A stretch of 38,915 nt of DNA from Burkholderiales bacterium (GTDB taxonomy: Bacteria; Pseudomonadota; Gammaproteobacteria; Burkholderiales; SG8-41): positions 1 to 38,915 of the forward strand of contig DASRIK010000246.1 in NCBI GenBank assembly GCA_035650035.1, written 5' to 3'. Both the position numbers and the translations under genes were made by a program. The notes below the pieces were generated by a model that did not search any database, was not told where the DNA came from, and was given only the letters and a program-made list of their open reading frames with translations. The number at the start of each line of letters is the position of its first letter. Position 1 is the stretch's first letter. Below are positions 1-9,197 of this stretch, piece by piece.

Positions 1-1
1 G

Positions 2-484
2 CGCTACGCGCTGCCGACGCAGCTTTTTTTCCTTTTTCAGCGTGTCGACCAGCTTGCCAGGCTGAACCAGGCGGATCTCTTCCAGCGCGCGACGGTCGCG
101 GACTTCATGCTCGAGAAGGATGCGCTGTTCGCGAGGCTCAATCTGAAGGACGACGAGTTGAAGCTTTACGAGCAGATCTATCAGCATCTAAAGCTTCAGG
201 CGCCTTTCCCCGATCTCGTCATTTACCTGCAGGCAGCGCCCGATACGCTCATCGAGCGGGTGCAGCGGCGCGGAGCGCCGTACGAAAAAGACATTCCGGA
301 ACCGTATCTGATCGGCCTCGCGGAAACTTACACGCGGTTCTTCTATCAGTACGACGGTGCGCCGCTGCTCATCGTGAATTCGGACCGGCTGAATTTCGTC
401 GAGTCGGATAACGCGCTCGCGCTTCTCATGGAACGTATCGCCGGAATGCGCGGCCCTCGCGAATTCTTCAATCTCGGCGCGTAG
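2..484 (+). CDS. Deoxynucleoside kinase family protein, 5'-truncated by the window edge
   Basis: The frame is open from base 2 (RYALPTQLFFLFQRVDQLARLNQ...), upstream of the Met at 107 listed in the ORF track. dNK-like blocks are present (LPTQLxFLxxR, PDLVIYLQAxPDTLxERVxRRG, LLIVNSD). It lies directly upstream of panB/panC. Confidence 0.7.
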   Translation, partial: RYALPTQLFFLFQRVDQLARLNQADLFQRATVADFMLEKDALFARLNLKDDELKLYEQIYQHLKLQAPFPDLVIYLQAAPDTLIERVQRRGAPYEKDIPEPYLIGLAETYTRFFYQYDGAPLLIVNSDRLNFVESDNALALLMERIAGMRGPREFFNLGA

Positions 485-490
485 AGCGCG

Positions 491-508
491 CGGCGGCTGG
501 CTCCGCCG
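491..508 (+). terminator. Weak hairpin after the kinase gene (CGGCGG-ctggct-CCGCCG) followed by a T-containing tail
   Basis: A perfect 6-bp GC stem with a 6-nt loop sits 7 nt after the stop codon. The downstream sequence tgacgtttggtgtt is only a poor U-tract. Confidence 0.25.
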
Positions 509-524
509 TGACGTTTGGTGTTAA

Positions 525-1325
525 ATGCCGCACATGCGAATTACGCTGAGCACCCTCCAGAAAATGGCGCAGGAGGGAAACCGGATCACGCAGCTTACGT
601 GTTACGACGCGAGCTTTGCGGCCGTGCTCGAGGCGGCCGGCGTGGAAACGCTGCTCATCGGAGATTCCCTGGGCAACGTGCTGCAAGGTCACGAAACCAC
701 CTTGCCGGTGAAGCTGCGCCACATCGTCTATCACACGGAATGCGTCGCGCGGGGCGCGAAGCGTGCGTTCATCATCGGCGATATGCCGTTCGCCACTTTC
801 CAGATCTCCCCGCAGGAGACGTTTCGCAACGCCGCCGAGATCATGGCGGCCGGCGCGCACATGGTGAAGCTGGAAGGCGGCCGCGCGATGCTCGACACGG
901 TCCGCTTTCTCACCGAGCGCGGCATACCCGTGTGCGGCCATCTGGGACTCACGCCGCAGTCGGTACATCAGTTCGGCGGTTTCAAGGTGCAGGGCAGAGC
1001 CGACGACGATGCGGAGCGCATGATCGAGGAAGCGCAGCTGCTGGAAGACGCGGGCGCCGGCATGATCGTGCTCGAGGCGATACCCGCAGCGCTCGCGAAA
1101 GCAATCACCGGGTCCGTGCGCGGGCCCACGATCGGGATCGGCGCCGGCCCGGATTGTCACGGACAGGTGCTGGTGCTCCACGATATGCTCGACGTCTACC
1201 CCGGCAAGAAAGCCAAGTTCGTCAAGAACTACATGCGTCTCGCCGGATCAGTACAGGGTGCGGTCGAGCTCTTCGTGAAGGAAGTGAAAGCGGGCACATT
1301 CCCGGGGCCGGAACATTCTTTTTAG
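525..1325 (+). CDS. panB: 3-methyl-2-oxobutanoate hydroxymethyltransferase
   Basis: The 266-aa ORF carries canonical PanB blocks (LTCYDASFA, IGDSLGNVLQGHETTLPV, GAHMVKLEGG, GHLGLTPQS). An alternative ATG lies at 534. Confidence 0.93.
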   Translation: MPHMRITLSTLQKMAQEGNRITQLTCYDASFAAVLEAAGVETLLIGDSLGNVLQGHETTLPVKLRHIVYHTECVARGAKRAFIIGDMPFATFQISPQETFRNAAEIMAAGAHMVKLEGGRAMLDTVRFLTERGIPVCGHLGLTPQSVHQFGGFKVQGRADDDAERMIEEAQLLEDAGAGMIVLEAIPAALAKAITGSVRGPTIGIGAGPDCHGQVLVLHDMLDVYPGKKAKFVKNYMRLAGSVQGAVELFVKEVKAGTFPGPEHSF

Positions 1326-1327
1326 CA

Positions 1328-1470
1328 GTGGATCCTTCATGACAGCTCCGCTCTTTTTCGTAATGGACCCTTCATCGCAGATCAGTTTTCTATCGTAGAT
1401 GGACCCTTCATCGCAGATCAGTTCTCTATCGTAGATGGACCCTTCATCGCAGATCAGTTTTCTATCGTAG
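1328..1470 (+). repeat. Tandem 36-nt repeat array filling the panB-panC spacer: one degenerate copy plus three near-perfect copies
   Basis: Units lie at 1363-1398, 1399-1434 and 1435-1470. Each reads ATGGACCCTTCATCGCAGATCAGTTTTCTATCGTAG. Copies 1 and 3 are identical and copy 2 has a single T>C at 1424. A degenerate copy occupies 1328-1362. Confidence 0.95.
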
Positions 1471-2301
1471 ATGGACATCATCCACTCCGCCGCTGCGTTA
1501 CGCGAGCGGCTGCGGCGCGAGCCGAACAACGTTTTCGTGCCGACCATGGGCAACCTGCACGAAGGCCATATCGAGCTCATACGGATCGCGAAGCCGCGCG
1601 CGGCGTGCACCGTCGTGAGCATTTTCGTGAACCGCCTGCAGTTCGGCCCGCGCGAAGATTTCGACCGCTATCCGCGCACGCTTTCGGTGGACGCCGCCAG
1701 GCTGCAGGAAGTCGGGGTAGACGTCGTTTTCGCGCCCGACGAGCACGAGATCTATCCGGAGCCACAGACGTTCGTCGTCGAGCCGTCTGATCTGCAGCAC
1801 ATCCTCGAAGGCGCGCATCGTCCCGGGCATTTCCGCGGAGTCGCCACCGTGGTTCTCAAGCTTTTCAACCTCGTTTGGCCGCACTCCGCGATTTTCGGCA
1901 AGAAGGATTACCAGCAGTATCTCGTGCTGCGGGACATGGTGAAGCAGTTCGCGCTGCCGATCGAGATCATTCCCGCGGAGACCGTGCGCGCGTCCGATGG
2001 ACTCGCGCTGTCGTCACGAAATGCATACCTCACGCCCGAAGAGCGCGCCGAAGCGCCTCGACTTTATCGCGTGCTGCGCGAGGGGCAGCGGCAGCTGCGT
2101 GAAGGGGCGCACGACTATCAGCGCGTCGAGCTCGAAGCGATGGCGGAACTCGCGCATAACGGCTGGCGTCCCGATTACATTGCGGTGCGGAGGCAGGCCG
2201 ATCTCCAGCCGCCGTCGAACGGCGATAGCGATCTCGTGATCCTCGCTGCTGCGCGCATCGGGCGCACGCGGCTGATCGATAACGTCGAAGTGACTCGATA
2301 G
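1471..2301 (+). CDS. panC: Pantoate--beta-alanine ligase
   Basis: The 276-aa ORF has the PanC signature VPTMGNLHEGHIELI and downstream SIFVNRLQFGPxEDF and FGKKDYQQ blocks. Confidence 0.93.
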   Translation: MDIIHSAAALRERLRREPNNVFVPTMGNLHEGHIELIRIAKPRAACTVVSIFVNRLQFGPREDFDRYPRTLSVDAARLQEVGVDVVFAPDEHEIYPEPQTFVVEPSDLQHILEGAHRPGHFRGVATVVLKLFNLVWPHSAIFGKKDYQQYLVLRDMVKQFALPIEIIPAETVRASDGLALSSRNAYLTPEERAEAPRLYRVLREGQRQLREGAHDYQRVELEAMAELAHNGWRPDYIAVRRQADLQPPSNGDSDLVILAAARIGRTRLIDNVEVTR

Positions 2302-2324
2302 CCGCGTTACGCGATAATTGCGGC

Positions 2325-2457
2325 GCATCCCTGCCGGGATGGCGGAATTGGTAGACGCAGCGGACTCAAAACATCGCCGTTTTTGGCGATGTTTCAGCGA
2401 AGGCTAATATTCGCGCAGCGAATGTTAAGCGCCAGCGGCCGCAGCTAAAATCCGCCG
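2325..2457 (+). pseudogene. Interrupted partial copy of tRNA-Leu(CAA): -8 through the 3' anticodon stem, with a 75-nt insertion in the anticodon loop
   Basis: 2325-2371 is 47/47 identical to 2466-2512 (8 nt of leader plus tRNA positions 1-39). 2447-2457 (AAAATCCGCCG) is 11/11 identical to 2509-2519. No T-arm or 3' acceptor strand follows. Confidence 0.8.
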
Positions 2458-2473
2458 CTGAGGATGCATCCCT

Positions 2474-2560
2474 GCCGGGATGGCGGAATTGGTAGACGCA
2501 GCGGACTCAAAATCCGCCGGTGGCGACACCATGAGGGTTCGATTCCCTCTCCCGGCACCA
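2474..2560 (+). tRNA. tRNA-Leu, anticodon CAA, type II long variable arm, CCA encoded
   Basis: Manual cloverleaf: acceptor GCCGGGA/TCCCGGC, anticodon stem GCGGA/TCCGC with loop CTCAAAA, variable-arm stem GGTG/CACC, T-arm GAGGG-TTCGATT-CCCTC, discriminator A plus CCA. Confidence 0.93.
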
Positions 2561-2571
2561 TCACTCTCCCC

Positions 2572-3616
2572 ATGAAGCTCGAAGACTTCGACTACGCGCT
2601 GCCGCCGGAGCTGATCGCGCAAGTGCCCGCGCGCGAGCGCGCGGGAAGCCGTCTCCTGCATCTCGACGGCCGGACGGGCGATCTTCGAGACCTCCTGTTC
2701 CGCGATATCGTCGATCTCGTCTCGCGTGATGACGTTCTCGTGCTGAACGACACGCGTGTGATCAAGGCGCGGCTCATGGGCCGGAAGGCGAGCGGCGGCA
2801 GGCTTGAGGTGCTCGTCGAACGCGTGCTCTCCCCGAACGAGGTGCTCGCCCAGATGCGCGTAAGCCATCCGCCGGGCGAGGGGACCCGTATCGTGCTCGA
2901 CGGCTCGCTCGAAGCCACCGTGCTCGAGCGCAGCGGCGGTTTCGTGCGGCTGCGTTTCGAGGACTGCGACGATGTGCTCTCCGCGCTCGAGCGGCATGGC
3001 GCTGTCCCTCTTCCGCCGTATATCGAGCATGCGCCGGAAGCCGCGGACGAAGCACGGTATCAGACGGTTTACGCTCGCGAGCCCGGCGCGGTCGCGGCAC
3101 CGACAGCGGGGCTGCATTTCGACGAGCCGCTGCTCGAAACCTTTCGAAACCGCGGCGTGCCGATTGCGTATGTCACGCTGCACGTCGGCGCTGGCACGTT
3201 TCAACCGGTGCGCACGAGCGATCTAGCCGCTCACCAGATGCACAGCGAGTGGTATAGCGTTCCGCAGCAGACGGTCGAGGCGATCGGGCGCGCGCGGGAG
3301 CGGGGCGGCCGCGTCCTTGCGGTCGGTACGACAACGCTACGTGCGCTGGAAACCGCCGCCGCTTCGGGCTTGCGTGCCGGCATGGGCGAGACGAAACTTT
3401 TTATCGTGCCGGGTTACCGGTTCCGCATCGTCGATCGGCTCGTAACCAATTTCCACCTGCCGAAGTCGACGCTGCTCATGCTCGTTTCGGCGTTCGGCGG
3501 TCCTGAAAACGTCAGGCGCGCTTATCGCCACGCGATAGAGAAAGCGTATCGTTTCTACAGCTACGGAGATGCCATGTTGATCGAGCGCGCCGGAAGCGGA
3601 GCGGAAGGACACACCG

Positions 3617-3627
<11 letters not shown>
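2572..3627 (+). CDS. queA: S-adenosylmethionine:tRNA ribosyltransferase-isomerase
   Basis: Start is trimmed to ATG 2572 ([17 protein letters not shown], the canonical QueA N-terminus), because the ORF-track start at 2464 lies inside the tRNA. TAGLHF and GTTTLRALE blocks are present. Confidence 0.92.
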
Positions 3628-5160
<1,533 letters not shown>

Positions 5161-5263
5161 TGATAAAATGCGCGATTTTCCGGTTAGAGCCCAGAGACGC
5201 ACGTTACGGGCTGTCCGGGCGAGGCGGTTTCGTGACACAGCAACGAACGCGGAGGTACTCGGT

Positions 5264-5587
5264 ATGTGGGTGAACGAAGCATGGGCGCAGGCCCCTGCGG
5301 GCGGGGCGGGCGGCGGAATGGAAAGCATTTTCCTGATCGTCGCGATGTTCGCTGTGCTGTACTTTCTGATGATCCGACCGCAGATGAAGCGCGCCAAGGA
5401 GCACAAGGCGTTGATCGACGCGCTACAGAAAGGCGACGAGGTCGTCACGGCGGGTGGCGTGCTCGGCCGCATCAGCAAAGTGGGCGATGCGCATCTCACG
5501 CTCGAAGTCGCTCCGAACGTCGAAATACAGGTCCAGCGCGGCGCGGTCCAGACGGTGCTCCCGAAAGGAACGATCAAGAATTCATGA
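5264..5587 (+). CDS. yajC: Preprotein translocase subunit YajC
   Basis: ATG 5264 is preceded by GGAGG (5251-5255). The sequence FLMIRPQMKRAKEHKALIDALQKGDEVVTAGGVLGRI is the conserved YajC core. Confidence 0.9.
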   Translation: MWVNEAWAQAPAGGAGGGMESIFLIVAMFAVLYFLMIRPQMKRAKEHKALIDALQKGDEVVTAGGVLGRISKVGDAHLTLEVAPNVEIQVQRGAVQTVLPKGTIKNS

Positions 5588-7440
5588 ATCGTTATCCGCT
5601 GTGGAAGTACATACTGATCGCGATCACACTCGCGATCGGGCTGCTCTACACCATCCCGAATTTCTTCGGCGAAGTCCCGGCAGTCCAGGTCTCGCCCGTG
5701 AGGGCGACACTCAAGTCCGACGACGCGCTGCGCGCCCGCGTGGAGGAAATCCTGAAAAAGAGCGGCATCGCGCCCGACGGCGTCTTTCTCGATGCCACGG
5801 GCGTGAAAGTCCGCTTCGAAGATCCCGAGACGCAGTACCGTGCTCGCGACGCTCTGCAGAAAGCGCTCGGCGACGACTACGTCGTGGCGCTCAACCTGCT
5901 CTCTCGCAACCCGCAGTGGCTCGACGCGATCGGCGCGAAGCCGATGTACCTCGGCCTCGATCTCCGGGGCGGCGTTCACTTCCTGCTGCAGGTCGACATG
6001 AAAGCCGCGCTCACGAAGAAGATGGAGTCCTTCGCGAACGATATCCGCGGAGTGCTGCGGGAGAAGCGCATTCAGTACAGCGGCGTCAGCCGGGAAGGTC
6101 AGTCGCTCGTCGTGCGGTTCCGCGACCGGGCCATGCGCGACAAAGCGGTGCCGGAGGTCGAGAAAGCCATCCCGGACCTCGATCTGCGTACGCAGGACGA
6201 CGGCTCGGAATTCCGGATCGCCGGGTCGCTCAAGCTCGAGGCGCAGCGCCGCACGCAGGAGTTCGCGCTGCAACAGAACATCACGACCTTGCGTAACCGC
6301 GTGAACGAGCTCGGCGTCGCCGAACCGAGCATTCAGCAGCAGGGTGCGGACCGCGTGGTCGTCCAGCTTCCGGGCGTGCAGGACACGGCCAAGGCCAAGG
6401 ATATCCTGGGGCGTACCGCTACGCTCGAAGTCCGGCTCGTAGAGGAAGACAAGATGGACCCGGCGACGCTCGCGGCTGCGACCTCGGGGCAGGTGCCTTT
6501 CGGGACCGAATTCTACGTCGAGCGCGGCGGCGCGCCGATCATCGTGAAAAGGCAGGTCATCCTGACGGGCGATCGCATCAGCGATGCGCAGCCCGGTTTC
6601 GACAATCAGACCAGCGAGCCCGCCGTGCACATCCGGCTCGACGCGACCGGCGCGCGCATTTTCCAGCAGGTCACGCGCGAAAACGTGGGCAAACGCATGG
6701 CGATCCTGCTCTTCGAAAAAGGCAAAGGCGAAGTCATCACGGCCCCTGTAATCCGCGAGGAAATCGGCGGAGGCCGTGTTCAGATCAGCGGCCGCATGAC
6801 CACGCGCGAAGCGAACGACGTCGCTCTGCTTCTGCGTGCGGGCGCGTTGGCCGCACCGATGGAGATCATCGAGGAGCGCACGGTCGGTCCTTCGCTCGGC
6901 GCCGACAACATCAGCCGCGGCTTTCACTCGATGTGGATAGGCTTTGCGGCGATCGCTGCTTTCATGATTGTGTACTACCGGCTCTTCGGCGTGATTTCCG
7001 TCGTCGCGCTGGGCGTGAACCTGCTTTTCCTGATCGCGCTGCTTTCCATGCTTCAGGCCACGCTCACGCTGCCGGGCATTGCGGCCATCGCATTGACGCT
7101 CGGTATGGCGATCGACGCGAACGTGCTCATCAACGAGCGCATACGGGAGGAGCTGCGCAACGGCAACACGCCCCAGGCGGCAATCGCAGCGGGCTACGAA
7201 CGGGCGTGGAACACGATCCTGGATTCGAACGTGACGACGCTCATCGCGGGCGTTGCGTTGTTCGCGTTCGGCTCGGGCCCTATCAAGGGCTTCGCCGTCG
7301 TTCACTGCCTGGGCATTCTCACTTCGATGTTCAGCGCGGTCATGGTCTCGCGCGCCATGGTGAATCTCATCTACGGCAACCGGCGCCGGCTCGAGAGCGT
7401 TTCGATCGGCCAGGTCTGGCGTCCGGCGACCGCCGAATGA
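5584..7440 (+). CDS. secD: Protein translocase subunit SecD
   Basis: The start MNRYPLWKYILIAI at 5584 overlaps the yajC stop (ATGA). GLDLRGGVHFLLQVD and the C-terminal 6-TM block are present. Confidence 0.93.
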   Translation: MNRYPLWKYILIAITLAIGLLYTIPNFFGEVPAVQVSPVRATLKSDDALRARVEEILKKSGIAPDGVFLDATGVKVRFEDPETQYRARDALQKALGDDYVVALNLLSRNPQWLDAIGAKPMYLGLDLRGGVHFLLQVDMKAALTKKMESFANDIRGVLREKRIQYSGVSREGQSLVVRFRDRAMRDKAVPEVEKAIPDLDLRTQDDGSEFRIAGSLKLEAQRRTQEFALQQNITTLRNRVNELGVAEPSIQQQGADRVVVQLPGVQDTAKAKDILGRTATLEVRLVEEDKMDPATLAAATSGQVPFGTEFYVERGGAPIIVKRQVILTGDRISDAQPGFDNQTSEPAVHIRLDATGARIFQQVTRENVGKRMAILLFEKGKGEVITAPVIREEIGGGRVQISGRMTTREANDVALLLRAGALAAPMEIIEERTVGPSLGADNISRGFHSMWIGFAAIAAFMIVYYRLFGVISVVALGVNLLFLIALLSMLQATLTLPGIAAIALTLGMAIDANVLINERIREELRNGNTPQAAIAAGYERAWNTILDSNVTTLIAGVALFAFGSGPIKGFAVVHCLGILTSMFSAVMVSRAMVNLIYGNRRRLESVSIGQVWRPATAE

Positions 7441-7443
7441 CGT

Positions 7444-7474
7444 CGTTCACCCGTTCACCCGTTCACCCGTTCAC
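7444..7474 (+). repeat. Octamer microsatellite (CGTTCACC x3 + CGTTCAC) in the secD-secF spacer
   Basis: Direct reading: cgttcacc cgttcacc cgttcacc cgttcac. It begins 4 nt after the secD stop and ends 15 nt before the secF ATG. Confidence 0.9.
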
Positions 7475-7489
7475 GAAGTAGGAACACAG

Positions 7490-8428
7490 ATGGAATTCTT
7501 CCGGATCAAGCGCGACATTCCTTTCATGCGCTACGCGCTGATCTTCAACGTCATCTCGATCGTGACGTTCGTGATCGCCGTAGGTGCACTGGCGATACGC
7601 GGGCTGCACCTCGGCGTCGATTTCACCGGCGGCACGGTGATGGAGCTCAAGTACCCGCATCCCGCGAACCTTCAGCAGATCCGCGAAGCGGTCGCGAGGC
7701 TCGGCTTCACGGATGCGGCCGTACAGAATTTCGGCACCGCGAGCGATGTGCTCATCCGGCTCCCCGTGAAAGCAGGCCTTACGAGCGCGCAGCTTTCCGA
7801 GACCGTCATGGCCGAGCTGAAGAAGCTCGACCCGAACGTGCAGCTTCAACGCGTGGAATTCGTGGGGCCTCAGGTCGGCCGCGAGCTGCTCGAGAACGGG
7901 GCGCTCGCGCTGCTGTTCGTTTCGCTCGGCATCGTGCTGTATCTGTGGTTCCGCTTCGAATGGAAGTTCGGCGTCGCGGCGATCATCGCGAATCTGCACG
8001 ACGTCGTGATCATTCTGGGGTTCTTCGCGCTGTTCCAATGGGAGTTTTCGCTGCCGGTGCTCGCCGCGGTGCTGGCGGTACTGGGCTATTCCGTGAACGA
8101 GTCCGTGGTCGTCTTCGATCGCGTACGGGAAGTCTTTCGTAACCGGCGCTACCGGACCATGCCGGTGCCGCAGGTGCTCGACCACGCGATTACCGCGACT
8201 ATCTCGCGCACGATCATCACTCACGGCAGTACGCAGCTCATGGTGCTTTCGATGATGATCTTCGGGGGAGAAGCGCTTTTCTATTTCGCGCTGGCGCTGA
8301 CGATCGGCATCTGCTTCGGCATTTATTCGTCGGTCCTCGTCGCGTGCCCGATCGTCATGTGGCTGGGCATCTCTCCCAAGGATCTCGCGCAGCCCGAAAA
8401 GAAAGCGCGCCCAGAGGCCGTGGTCTAG
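7490..8428 (+). CDS. secF: Protein translocase subunit SecF
   Basis: The 312-aa ORF carries LGVDFTGGT and SecF TM blocks and follows secD directly. Confidence 0.93.
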   Translation: MEFFRIKRDIPFMRYALIFNVISIVTFVIAVGALAIRGLHLGVDFTGGTVMELKYPHPANLQQIREAVARLGFTDAAVQNFGTASDVLIRLPVKAGLTSAQLSETVMAELKKLDPNVQLQRVEFVGPQVGRELLENGALALLFVSLGIVLYLWFRFEWKFGVAAIIANLHDVVIILGFFALFQWEFSLPVLAAVLAVLGYSVNESVVVFDRVREVFRNRRYRTMPVPQVLDHAITATISRTIITHGSTQLMVLSMMIFGGEALFYFALALTIGICFGIYSSVLVACPIVMWLGISPKDLAQPEKKARPEAVV

Positions 8429-8448
8429 AAAGCCGGTCAGGGTTCCTA

Positions 8449-9102
8449 GTGGAGATTCTCACCGGCTTCATCGACATCGTCCTTCATCTCGATGTCCATT
8501 TACAGCGGCTCGTCGCAGACTACGGAACGTGGATCTATCTGATCCTCTTCCTCATCATCTTCTGCGAGACCGGGCTCGTCGTTACGCCGTTTCTCCCGGG
8601 TGATTCGCTGTTGTTCGTCGCCGGCACCGTGGCAGCCGGCGGCGCAATGGACGTGCACACGCTGTTCCTGATTCTCGCCGCGGCCTCTTTCTCGGGCGAC
8701 AACACGAATTACTGGATCGGTCGCTATATCGGGCCTCGCATATTCACGCGTAAAGGCTCGCTCCTCTTCAACCCCGCCCATCTGGAACGGACGAGCCGCT
8801 TCTACGAAAAATACGGCGGCAAGACGGTGCTGATCGCGCGATTCGTCCCTATCGTGCGCACGTTCGCGCCTTTTGTCGCCGGCATCGGACGGATGGCGTA
8901 TGTGCGGTTCCTTGCGTACAGTTTCGCGGGTGCGATTCTCTGGATCGGCTCTCTCACTTACGCCGGCTACTTCTTCGGCAACCTTCCGATCATCCGCGAC
9001 AACCTCTCGATCGTGATCATCGCGATCGTGGTCATCTCGATAATGCCGGGCGTCATCGAATTCCTGCGCTCGCGACGGCGCCGCCAAGGGCTTGCACCGT
9101 AG
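8449..9102 (+). CDS. DedA family inner-membrane protein
   Basis: The GTG start at 8449 is the first in-frame start after the secF stop. The DedA signature CETGLVVTPFLPGDSLLF and the IARFVPIVRTFAPFVAG block are present. Confidence 0.8.
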   Translation: MEILTGFIDIVLHLDVHLQRLVADYGTWIYLILFLIIFCETGLVVTPFLPGDSLLFVAGTVAAGGAMDVHTLFLILAAASFSGDNTNYWIGRYIGPRIFTRKGSLLFNPAHLERTSRFYEKYGGKTVLIARFVPIVRTFAPFVAGIGRMAYVRFLAYSFAGAILWIGSLTYAGYFFGNLPIIRDNLSIVIIAIVVISIMPGVIEFLRSRRRRQGLAP

Positions 9103-9197
9103 CGCGCATCACGCGCACGCAGTTCATCTCCGGTTCTTGGAGTCAAGCACGGCGATGGCCTGTTCAGGTCTGGTACTCGGGCAACCCATTCCGCTGA

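Noticed and set aside
515-1342. A 275-aa plus-strand ORF overlapping panB in another frame
   Set aside because: It is extremely Arg/Gly/Ala-rich, and panB in the neighbouring frame has all conserved blocks.
1363-1470. The 36-nt repeats considered as a possible CRISPR array, since the repeat length is in the CRISPR range
   Set aside because: The units are directly head-to-tail with no spacers. There is no leader and no cas genes in the window.
2372-2446. The 75-nt interruption in the tRNA-Leu anticodon loop considered as a group I intron
   Set aside because: It is far too short for a group I intron, and no P3-P8 core pairings are visible. The interrupted copy also lacks the T-arm and 3' acceptor strand, so it cannot yield a tRNA even if spliced.
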